Positions 12,370-23,529 of a stretch of DNA of 64,000 bases are shown in pieces; position 1 is the stretch's first letter; each line of letters begins with the position of its first letter. Origin of the DNA: Felis catus (Eukaryota); assembly GCF_018350175.1 (NCBI RefSeq), contig NC_058368.1, positions 123,010,001 to 123,074,000 on the forward strand, read 5' to 3'. Made by a program: the position numbers and the translations under genes. The notes below the pieces were generated by a model. That model was not told where the DNA came from. It made no database searches and saw nothing but the letters and a program-made list of their open reading frames with translations.

Positions 12370-14789
12370 ATTATTCCTTTTGTGACATGTGCTCTAGCCC
12401 TATCACTGAGAAGATAATTAAATCTCTTTGCTGCTGCACTTTTATGCCTTAATGAAAAATCAGTAATGTCTTTCTTCCCATTAAGAATGTCTGCTCTGTT
12501 CTTCCTTCAGACCTGAGGTTGTGCCATTCTTAGGACTATTTTTCCTCAGATCCATTCCCCACCCTTCCCCTGCTTGGCTTTGTGATGCTAACCCCTACAG
12601 GTTCCCTGTCTCGGTTCCTGGGTTTCCAGGTCAGCTGACCTTTGAGCTGCATTCTGACCCTGGGGGGGTTCAGGCAGGACCTAGGAGGTGGGAAGTGGGA
12701 AAAGCCTGAGTATAGCCTCCTCACCTTTCTACTTGGGAGAAGTCCCCAGAAATATCACATCTGAAACTCCATGTCCTGCTGGATAGGTATGCATTGGTTC
12801 CAGCCTTTGCCAGGCGACTCCAGTGGCAGTGGTTACACCACCTCTTTTTTTTTGCTCTTCAGCTGAAGTTGGTAATGGCTTCCTGCTTTATCCATTCCAG
12901 GTTGCCTCACCATCACCTCTTTGACTTTTTAGATCTTCTATCATCTATTGAATCAATTCTGTGCATTATAGCCCCTCTGTTCCAAATGTTAAAGTCATTT
13001 ATGTTTTCTGGTTGGTTCTTGATTAACATAATGTTAACTGACATCTCTATGAAGATTATCTTGATTTCCTGCTATTTTTTGAGCCCCGTGTTTTTTTTTT
13101 CAACTAAAATAGTTGCACTTTGTGAAACTTTCTGTTTTCCTTTTTTGTTTCACCTAACTCTGTAAGAATAGACTAGATTGCTCACCTACAATAATAGATA
13201 ATCCCAAATTTCAGAGGCTTATATCCACAACATTTTAATTTGTTCTCACACTGTTTGATCATCTTGAGTTGCTTAGAGTTCTCTTCATGTTGTGTGAATT
13301 CTGTGACCAGGAACTGGTGGAATAGTCTTTATCTTAAGCATTTCTGATCATCATGTCATATGCAAAAAGAGAACTCAGTGAATCATAGGCTAACTTTTAA
13401 AACTTTCCCATGGAAGTGATGTACATCACTTATAGTCCTGTTTCATTGGCCAAACCAAGTCACATGACTATGCTTGACTCATTTAGGAAACATAATGTCA
13501 TTTACCACATTACTTGGCCACTTCAGAGTAGCTGCCACCTGAGATACTTCATTCTACTTGAAATTTTCTGCTCTGTTGGATTATCTTTCCTTCCACCACT
13601 AGTGTTCTTCTTACTCTCTGCCCATTATTTTCAGTTTCTTTAAATGGCCATTATTATCCTGATTCCTCTGAATATTTATTCCTCTTCTCTTTCACTTTGT
13701 GTATGGCTTTCATTGAGAGTCTCATGCATTCCCACAGCTGCCAATATAATTTCCATGTTAGGAGCTCTAAAATCTATAGCTATATTCCATATCTCTCTTT
13801 TGAGGAAAAGAGATTGTTACCTATTAGACACTTCCAGCAGAAGTCCTTTTTTATGTTCACCTGAATTCACCTCCACCTGAACTCATTATCTCTCAAAACA
13901 TGCTACCATATTCTAATTTCCTGTCTCAGTATATAGTACAACTATTTTCCTGATTGCCTAAGTCAGAAAGTTGAGAATCATTGTCAGTATGCCTTTTTCT
14001 CAGCTTTACTTTCTAATCTCTAAGAAAGTTCTGTTTATTATAAAACTTTTCTACATCTGTACATACATTTTCCATTATTGTTCCTGTTACTTATTTTCCC
14101 CAAACCTTGTCATTTCTCACCATACTACTGTGTTAGTCTCCCAAATGTCCTCTGTATTCCCAGAGCTGATCCCTTCCAATCTATTAGCCACACAGCAGAA
14201 AAGGTGGTTTCTTACCTCTCCCCCCAACCACTGCTTCAGACTTCTTGATAGTGTTTCATTGCTGATTGAAAAAAACATCAGATGCTATTCTAAACCAGCA
14301 GATATATTCATAACACATATTTCAACAGTCTGATTTTCATACTTATTTCTAAGTGTCCTTTCTAGATTCTGAAGTCAAATGGAGGGGAACTCAAACTTAT
14401 TTATGTTGATAATCCTTAGCACATAACACAGAGCCTGAATATAGTCTGTGTTGGGCTTGGTTTATTGAATGGGTAAATTTTCTGTTAGGTTTTATCTGGT
14501 TGGGGTGACCCTTTTGTTTTCTTGCATCATTCATATTATTAAGCTATTCATTGCTCTCATTCCAAGTTTGGTGCACTTGGCATATTTGAGAAGGATGACT
14601 ATGCTTTCATTCAATCTGCTAAATAGAGAAAACTGAGTAATAGATTTAATATGGCAATCTTTGGGGAGTGGAGGTTTTTCTGGGAGTCTATCAAAAACAG
14701 GATTGAATTAATAAGGAATCCAAGGACAGACCATGAGAAACTAGGCAGAAACTGATTGATAAACATTATGGCAGAAATTGTTGATAAAC

Positions 14790-15410
14790 TTACTATGAAT
14801 GTAACAACACCAAATGCTGATGAGGTTGTAGAAAAATTGGATCACTCATAATTGCTGGTGTGAATGCAAAATAGTATAACTTACTCTGGGAAAATCATTT
14901 GACAGTTTCTTGAAAAACTAAACATACATCCACCATATGACTCACTAATTGTACTGCTGGGCGTTTATCTGGAGAAATGAAACATGTTTATGCAAGAACT
15001 TATTACAGACATTCATAGAAGTTTTATTTGTAGTAACCAAAACCTGCAAATAACCCCATTGCCCTTAAGTGGATGAATGGTTAAACCAACTGTTATACAT
15101 CTATAGGATGGAGTACTATAAAAAAGAATAAACAATTGATCTACACAAGCTGGAAGAATCTTTAGAGAATTATGCTAAGTGAATAAAAGCCAACCCAAAA
15201 ACTGAAATACTGTATAATTCCATTTACATAGCATTTTCAAAATGAGAGAATTATACAAATTGATAAGCGATTTCTAGGGGTTAGGAGTGGGTAGGAGTAA
15301 GAGGGAAGTGCGTCTGATATATAAGGGCTATGAGAGATCCTTGTGGTAATGGAAATGTTTTGTTTCTTGTATGTACCAATGTCAAAATAAAAAAGTATAA
15401 TTAAAAACAT
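14790..15410 (+). mobile_element. Old L1M 3' fragment
   Basis: Degenerate L1 3' motifs (gctggtgtgaatgcaaaatagta; tggatgaatgg; attatgctaagtgaa). Confidence 0.7.
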
Positions 15411-15887
15411 TGGGAAGACAATGTGGAAATAGATATTATATAAAATTTAATATAAATTACATATAACTATAATCATATAATTACGTAAATAATTATATGT
15501 ATGTAAATAATTATATGTATGTATACCTGTAACTTTCATTCCTTTAGTCCATAAATCTCCCAAATTAGAGGAAACCACTAACAACTTTATGTGATTTTTC
15601 AAGACGTTTTTTGCACTTTTAAATATAAGTATATATGGACACCCAGGACTCCAAGGTGGTGTCCGTCATACCAGTGAAGGAGATGTTGATGGATGTCAAA
15701 CTAGGAGAGCTGCCAAGCTGGATACTGGGATTTCTATGGTGCTGACAGCGTATGTGCTTTTCAACTACTTTCTTTCAAACAAGGAACTCAAACCCAAGTG
15801 GCTACACAAGTACCACTGAAGAGGGCCCAGTGTGGAGGATGCATTCTGTATTCCTGACCAGGACCTTTGCCTCACACCCCTGAATCC

Positions 15888-16125
15888 TTTTTTTTTTTTA
15901 ATTAAAAAAAATTTTTTTAACGTTTATTTATTTTTAAGATACAGAGAGAGAGAGCACAAGCAGAGGAGGGGCAGAGAGAGAGGGAGACACAGAATCTGAA
16001 GCATACTCCAGGATCTGAGCTGTCAGCACAGAGCCCAATGTGGGACTTGAACCCAGGAACCATGCATGAGATCTTGACCTGAGCCAAAATCAGACACTCA
16101 ACTGAGTGAGCCATTCAGGTGCACA
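15888..16125 (-). mobile_element. Can-SINE inserted in the ATP5MF pseudogene 3' UTR
   Basis: Flanked by the duplicated cccctgaatccttt. Confidence 0.9.
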
Positions 16126-16163
16126 ACCCCCTGAATCCTTTAATTGAGAATGAACACCCACTA

Positions 16164-16331
16164 GGGATACCTGGGTGGCTCAGTTGGTTAAGCATCTGAC
16201 TTCAGCTCAGGTCATGATATCCAAGTTAGTGAGTTTGAGCCCTGCAGGGGGCTCTGTGCTGATAGCTCAGAGCCTGGAACCTGCTTCCAATTCTGTATCT
16301 CCCTCTCTTTCTGCCCCTCCCCCACTCAGGC

Positions 16332-16380
<49 letters not shown>

Positions 16381-16415
16381 AATAAATAAACATTAAAAAA
16401 TTTAAAAGAAAAAAA
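16164..16415 (+). mobile_element. Second Can-SINE in the ATP5MF pseudogene 3' UTR
   Basis: Head, long (CT)n tract and A-rich tail. Confidence 0.9.
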
Positions 16416-16928
16416 CCTCAATAAAAGATGATTAGTGCATGGAAAATAAAAATAAAGAAATAAAAAGCACATATAAATGAATCATACTTTACTTAAATTT
16501 TGATTTATGCAAATATTTAAATTATTTTTAGTAATATTTCTTATTATAATGAGTAGTATGGTAAACGTCCATTTATTTGCATTCATGTCTGTATCGCTTC
16601 ACAAAAGTCTTGAAACTGGAAGTGCAGTGCCAAAAATTATACGATGTTTAAAATTTTGAAAGCTAGTAACAAATTTCCATTGGAAACAGTGGTGGGGATC
16701 TGAAGTGATTGAGTCTAGAGAAGTTCCATTCCCAAAGATGAGATTAGGGGCCCAAGACAATGGCTAGGGTACACTCATTCTACTTGAGAAAGCAATGCAT
16801 TCCGTTTTACCATGTTTTGGAGGGTCAGGAGGTGCAAAATCGTATTTTTTTCTGGCCTTCATGTTTAAGTTAGCTCATACAAACATATAAGTCAGTAAAA
16901 TTTATTTTCTGCATTTTCTAAAAATTTT

Positions 16929-16978
16929 ATGTATGTATGTATGTATGTGTGTATGTATGTATGTATGTATGTATGTAT
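16929..16978. repeat. (ATGT)n microsatellite
   Basis: Direct reading; one variant unit. Confidence 0.93.
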
Positions 16979-17032
16979 TTATAATTTTAGAAAGGACCCA
17001 GTTGAAAAGCTCTCAGGTTTTAAGCAAGTTAA

Positions 17033-17051
17033 AAACAGCAGGGGGCGCTCA
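17033..17051 (+). promoter_or_regulatory. CTCF-binding motif (candidate insulator)
   Basis: CAGCAGGGGGCGCT at 17036-17049 closely matches the CTCF core consensus and retains a CpG in AT-rich unique sequence. Confidence 0.65.
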
Positions 17052-19049
17052 TAGGTTGTCAGCAACACCAAGGAAGATTTTTTTTTTTTTTTTGTACGTA
17101 TATGCTCGAGATATATAAAAAGAAATTTCAGCAGCTTCGATTGTATTAAAATTTTCACCAGGAGAAACAAATAGACAAGAATTACCTGATGCTCCTTCAT
17201 TCTGTGCTCTTCTGGCTTCATTTTGAGCATTTTTTAAATGCATTTTTTTCCCTTTGCTCTGCTACTAGCTCAGTGTGTATCTTATCAAGTAAGAATTTGT
17301 TTCCTGATCAGATGATGATAATGCCTAATGTGACTGAATAATAATCATAGGCATAGTTACTGGCCATTGTGTTCTATGTATATATATTTCTTTAATTCAA
17401 CAAATGATAATATTGATTGCAGTATCTTTGCTAGAAGTTGAGCATTCTGTGATAAACAAAATGAGCATGACCCACACCCCCAGAGATTTTTGCAGTGTAA
17501 AGAAAGACACAGAAACTTTGCAAGTAAAAAATGGTAAATAAATAATTATAAATTATGATAAGAACAATAAAGGAAAAAATAGAATTTTTAAAGAATAATA
17601 GAATTTTAAACAAAGGGTAGGAGACATTATTACTCTCAAGTTAGATGTCTAGTATCAGTCTAACTTGAAGTTCTAACACTACATTCTTCATCCACATTGG
17701 TAAGAAGAAGGTACTGATGTTATGAAAATCCAGAGATCTCCCTTATTTCCTTCCCACTTTACCTGGACTTAGAGGTATATCAGTAGATTTGGCTCATGCA
17801 AGTTAGCTTAGCACCCACATAAGCCAATGAAGAATATGAGACTGCCAAGTATTGTCCTCAGTGTATGAGACAGGGTTGTCAAATAAGTACTTCAAAGTCT
17901 ATCTCATAATCCTAGAAAATTCAAACTAATCTGTAGTGTCAAAAAGCAAATCATTAGCTGACTGTGGATAGAATAGGGGATGATGAGAGGGAAGAATGAA
18001 TTATTATAAGTGACAAGAGAAGACTTTTGGGGCTAACAGGTGTGTTCATTACCTTGATTGTAGGGATGGTTTTGTGGGTATATACATATGCCAAAACTTC
18101 AAGTTGTATATTTTCAAAATGTGGAGTAATTATATATCGATTGTATCCCAATAAAGTTGTGAGGAGTTATTTATATACTGTGAGCTATAGACCTAAACTA
18201 ATTTTTGTCAATAGTGTCAGTTTGGGTCAGTAAGAGAATTACTACATTTTGATGGTGTTATGACAGTATCTATTACAATATTTAAAAATTTGAAAAATGT
18301 CCTTTGATCTAGCCAGTTTTTGTAAATCTTTTATGAAGAAATAAATACATTAGTGCACAAGGTTATATGTACAAGGATGTTTATTGCAGCAGCCTCTAAA
18401 AAACACCCCCCCAAAATAGAAGCAATATGAATTATGAATGCCCCAACAATGGGGAAATTATGATATCTTAAATTATGAGCTCTCAAGAAGAATTTTTTTT
18501 AAAGATTTTATTTTTAAGTAGTCTCTACACCCAACATAGGGCTTCAACTCACAACCCTGAGATCAAGAGTCATACGCTTCACCGACCGAGCCAGCCAGGC
18601 ACACCTCAATAGATTCGTAAAGATTTGTATTATTTACCTAAAGTAAACACCATGAGATATCATTAATAAGAAAGGCAAACTACTGAGTAAAGTGCACACC
18701 CTGATTTCCCTACACATTTATATCTATATTTGGATAAGTTTGAATGGACAGGAAGAATGGAGTCAATATTAGTTGCTGGGAGGGCTGGTTTAAGGATAAT
18801 GGTGTTAGAGTGGGAGATGGTTAGCTTTTAAAAATATATACATTTTTCTACTGTCCCCCTCATTTTTCCCATTGGTGTGAGCATATGCTACTTTAATAAT
18901 TTTTGAAGTGGAATTTTGAAGAAAACATTTTGTCAATCCATATTAGACAGTTTCCTTCTCTCTTAAACACTGCAGCATTAATAATCTGAGTGGTTTAAAT
19001 GGGTTCTATAAACTTCCAGGTTCTCAAATGCATTATTTTATTTTATTAT

Positions 19050-19076
19050 TATGTTTTTAAATTTTATATGTTATGT

Positions 19077-19112
<36 letters not shown>

Positions 19113-19230
19113 CAAGCAGGAGATTCTCATATGGAGCCTGATGTAGGGCTCGGTCCCATGATCCTCAGATCATGACCTGAGCGGAAATCAAGAGTTGATC
19201 ACTCAACCAACTGAGCCACCCAGACACTCC
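19050..19230 (-). mobile_element. Can-SINE
   Basis: (GA)n tract and reverse head; flanking tgcattattttaa-like repeat. Confidence 0.82.
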
Positions 19231-21259
19231 TTGAGTGCATTATTTTAAAAGGGGAGTAATAATATCTGATTTTTATACTTGATGTGAGGATTAAGTGAGG
19301 TAACACAGATGAAGGACCAAGCATGGGAAATGTCCCAATGATATCTGTCTCTTTGCCATGTTAGGTAGCTTTTGAGGGGCCATCCTTGAATGACAGGCAT
19401 TATTACAGTCTGAGCTTTGACTTAAAGTGTCCACTCTGCCCTTCCTCCTCTTTCTCCATGTGTCCAAATCCTTCCTCATCTATCAAGATATAGCTCAGAT
19501 ATCGCTACCTCTGAAAAGTCTTGCCACATCTCTCAAGGGAGCAATAATGGCTCTTTGTCCTGGTTCTCATGCTGCCATGTCTGTGCCTCCTTTATATCAT
19601 GCCATGCTGAATGTAGTTTGTTAATTATGTGCTTGTATCTTCTATATCAAGATTGTGAGCTACTTGAAATCCAAAACCATGAGACACTCAATTTTGCATC
19701 CTTTTTTTCTTGTTCTTAGGTAGATGTTCTCTTTTCTCAGTTTTTTTTTTTTGTTTTGTTTTTTTTTTTTACTTAATACGGAACTCAGCAAATATTTATT
19801 GATCAGCTTCTATCTGCCACTGTTCTAATTGCTCACTATTGTGTCAGGAACATTGAACAAAAGAGGCAAAATTCCTGCCTTACAGAGCTTACACTCTATT
19901 GGGGCTAGAGAGAAAAAATAACAAAACATAGAAAAGTGTTTTAACACTGTTAAAAGAGAGTGAGGTGGAGAAGAAAAATGTAGCAGCCAAAGCTGATAAG
20001 AAATGGTGGGTCAAAGGGTGACTTTTAAAGTTGATTTTAAGTCAAGTGCTCAAAAAGGTCTCACTGGGAAGGTGATCTCTGAGAAAAAAAACTTCAAGAA
20101 GTGCATGGGCATGCCATGTGGCTGTCTTGGGAAGGGTACTTTAGGCAGAAGGAAGAGTAATTGCAAGGTTGTGCAGAAAGTATATGCCTGTAGTGTTTAA
20201 GGAAGGGAAGGATCCCAAGTGGGTGGAGTGGTGGGATGAGTAGTAGGAGAAGAGGTGAGAAGTAGGTGGCTCCGGTGAGAACTGATGCACCATTGTCAGG
20301 AAATTTAAAAATATTGCTTTTGCTCAGAATGAGATGGAAAGTCAGAAAGTAGAAGGAATTTATACGATTCAAGTTATATTTTAATAGAAGTACTTTTTCT
20401 GCTTAGCGCTTCTGTACAGTGCAAGGTGTAAATTCCCTCAAGCAGTGATGTCATGGTAGGAACCCGGAATTGAGGATCGAGTTAGTGATACTGTGGATTG
20501 TGCCATCAGGGTGTCACAGGGAGCACTGTGTTGCAGGTTAGCCAAACCTGGCTGGAGTTTCCACTCATCCTTTACCAGCAATCCTATCTGAGGCGTAATG
20601 TCAGCTAACCTCCCCCAGCCTCAGTTTCCTCACCTGTCATATGAAGGAAATAATGCCTGACCATCTTACTTCAATTGTATTGTGCATATGAGTTCCCAGT
20701 GAGAAAAATATATGAAGAGAACATAAAGGAAAAATATTATACAGATGCAAGAGATTCTTGATCCTCAAAAACAGGGTGCTTGCTGGCTACAGAGAGGGGT
20801 CTTATTGGAGGGTAGGAAGAGAAGGTAACAAGGTAGAAGGAGCAAGCATACATTGTAAAGCAAATAGAGAAATTTTCAAAATCTCTGTGTTTTGCTGGAG
20901 ATCTGGGACAAGTATTTTTCAGCAGTGCATCCAATCTGAGACTGATTTGGCATCTGTTTCGTTTTTGTTTTGTTCTTTACCAGTATGAAAGAGTGATTTC
21001 AAATTGTATACCAAATGAGTGAATATAAAGACAAAGAAACTCTGATAGGACATGCCTCTCAAAAAAAAAAAAAGGCAGTAAACTGATTATTGTAGCTACA
21101 AGAAATATATTTCCGAGGCACAAAGTAAGTACCCAGAATCTGAAAAGGGATTTCTGGGTCACATTTGTTGTGGAAAAGCAGTCTGCATGTCAGATGATGA
21201 CTATAATAGAAATCTTGGGTAATTTAGCTTAAGAGGATATAATACTTGAAGTTAACAGT

Positions 21260-22390
21260 CTCCAAATGATCAATAAAATAAAAAGGCAAATTGTGAAATG
21301 GGAGAAAACATTTGCAAATTCTGTATCTGATAAGGGGTTGATATCCAAAATACATAAGGAACTCCTACAGCTCAATAGCAAAAATGAAACAAGTAATTTG
21401 ATTCAAAAGTGGGCAAAGGACCTGAATAGACATTTTTCTAAAGAAGATACATAAATGTCCAACAGGTATATGAAAAGGTACTCAACATCACTATTTATCA
21501 AGGAAATGCAAATCAAAATCACAATATTACCTCACACCTGTTAGAATGGCTATTATCAAAAGATAAGAGATAACAAGGACTGGCAAGGATGTGGAGAAAA
21601 GGGAACCCTTGTTCACTGCTGGTGGGAATGTAAACTGGTAAAGCCACTGTGGAGGTTCCTTAAAAAATTACAGAAAGAACTACCATCTGGCAATCTCACT
21701 TTTGAGTATATATCCAAAGGAAATGAAATCATTATCTTGAAGAAATATAGGTACTCCCATGTTTACTGCAGCCATTATTTACAATAGCTTGGATATAAAA
21801 ACAATTTAAGTGTCTTGATGGTTTAGTGGATAAAGAAATGTAACACACAGACATACACACACAGTGGAATATTATTCAGCCTAAAAGAAAGAAAATCCTA
21901 CCACTTGCAACTATATGGATGAATCTTGAGAGCATTATGCTAAGTGAAATAAGTCAGGCAGAGAAAGACAAATACTGTATGATCTCATTTACATGTGGAA
22001 TCTTAAAAAAAAAATGGAACTCATAGAAATAGAGCGTAGATTGGTGGTTGCCAAGAGTAGGGAGGTGGTGGGAGAAATAGGTGAAGGTTGTCAAAGGGTA
22101 CACACTTCGAGTTATAAGAACAATAAATTCTGGGGATATGATGTACAGCATAGTGACTGTAGTTAACAATACTGTATCATGTACTTACATGTTGCTAAGA
22201 GAGTAGATCTTAAACATTTTCACTCCAAAAAAAAATGATAACTATGTAAGTGATAGATGTGTTAACTAAGGTTATGCTTATAATAATTTAGCAATATATA
22301 TGTGTATCAAATCATCACGTTTGTACCTTACACTTACACTATGTTATATGTCAGTTATATATCAGTAAAGCTGGAAAAAAAGAAGAAATT
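21260..22390 (+). mobile_element. 5'-truncated L1 (ORF2 end plus 3' UTR)
   Basis: ORF 21266-21454 [28 protein letters not shown] is L1 ORF2; followed by 3' UTR and an A-rich end. Confidence 0.88.
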
Positions 22391-22565
22391 GGCACAGTCT
22401 CTGGAAAATGCAGAAGGTGGCTTGTCTGAATTTATTGCCGAGAGTGTATTTTCAGTATTTTGTAGGTGTTCACTCTTTGTTTAGTTACCTATATTATTAA
22501 AGGCTCTTTGTGTTGCATGCAAACATATTCTGGCTATTAAAATAGGAAACAAGACAAACAAAAGA

Positions 22566-22571
22566 TTTATT
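22566..22571 (-). terminator. Candidate C5orf46 polyadenylation signal
   Basis: First canonical AATAAA I found on the minus strand downstream of the exon 4 acceptor, followed by a GT-rich tract (tgtttgtcttgtttcc). Confidence 0.4.
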
Positions 22572-23329
22572 GAAACACTGGAGTCACTTTCAGAGCCGGA
22601 GTGCTTTGGAAGGGCCAATCTCAGGACAGCTTGTGAGAACTCATTAGCAGTAGTACAGAGATCCTGTATTCTAGATCTGTAATTATCATCAGCTCCATGA
22701 TTTCAGTCTGGTCTTAACTGTCCACATCAATAATTCTGGGAGAATCTTTCTGGCTCCACTGGGTCAAGTTTTACAGGCATTCGATTCTCTATGACCTAGT
22801 GGGCAAGAGTGACAGCAATGGCTACTGGGGACCTGCCTCTGTGTGATGAGGTGGTGAGCAAAATATAAGAGCTGCACTAGACTATTCGAGGACTCTTCCA
22901 TCCCTGACACTCTATACTATTCTTTGAGAATTATAAAGACTATCTGGAACAGTAATAATCTAGTTAATTAAAAAAAATGTTGGTTTTTAGTTTACCTAGC
23001 CCAGGAGAATAGGCTCAGATGTATTTGAAAGACTTTGCAAAAGGATAGATGAAGCTTTTAACTCTGGAACTTCATATGTTTTTAGGAGTTAGAGTTTGTT
23101 CTTTGGAGTCCGTTTCAAATTCCTTTTTTGTCATTTACTGATTGTGTGACTTTGGACTTGTTACTTTATCTGGGCTTTGACTTTCTTATTTTGAACCATT
23201 CTTTGATTATTCTGGCCAATAATCACTTTTATATATTTTATATTTTTTGCATCATTAAAAACTTTAAGGATGCTCAGGACAGTTACTGCCACCAACAACA
23301 AAAATCTCATTTAAATAGGGTATGTGACC

Positions 23330-23529
23330 CCTAAGAGGACACAGTCCTCTGACTTCTAGAGGCAAGAAGGCAAAATCAGGATGTTCAGAATAAGCTGTGT
23401 TTGGTTGAGCCAGGTCCTGAATCCTGAGAACTTGCTTGGAGCTGCTTTGGGGCCTCGGACTCGTGAAGCAGAACTGGAAAAGCAGGATTTGCTGCCCTTG
23501 GGTTATTCTGGAACCATGTTGGGTGTGTC
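23330..23529 (-). other. C5orf46: Probable non-coding terminal exon 4 (3' UTR) of C5orf46; 3' end uncertain
   Basis: The donor after the stop in exon 3 implies a further exon. Acceptor tgtatttctaag|GACACACCC at 23529, in non-repetitive sequence resembling my unverified recollection of the human C5orf46 3' UTR. Confidence 0.6.

Larger units (their letters stand above)
15637..16470 (+). pseudogene. ATP5MF: Processed pseudogene of ATP synthase subunit f (ATP5MF/ATP5J2), internally deleted, with its 3' UTR interrupted by two SINEs
   Basis: From GTG at 15656 it reads (M)VSVIPVKEMLMDVKLGELPSWIL, then after a frameshift GISMVLTAYVLFNYFLSNKELKPKWLHKYH-TGA (15817-15819). Intronless; AATAAA near 16420, decayed A tail about 16443-16466, degenerate TSD aagtatatat/aagcacatat. 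Confidence 0.88.
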
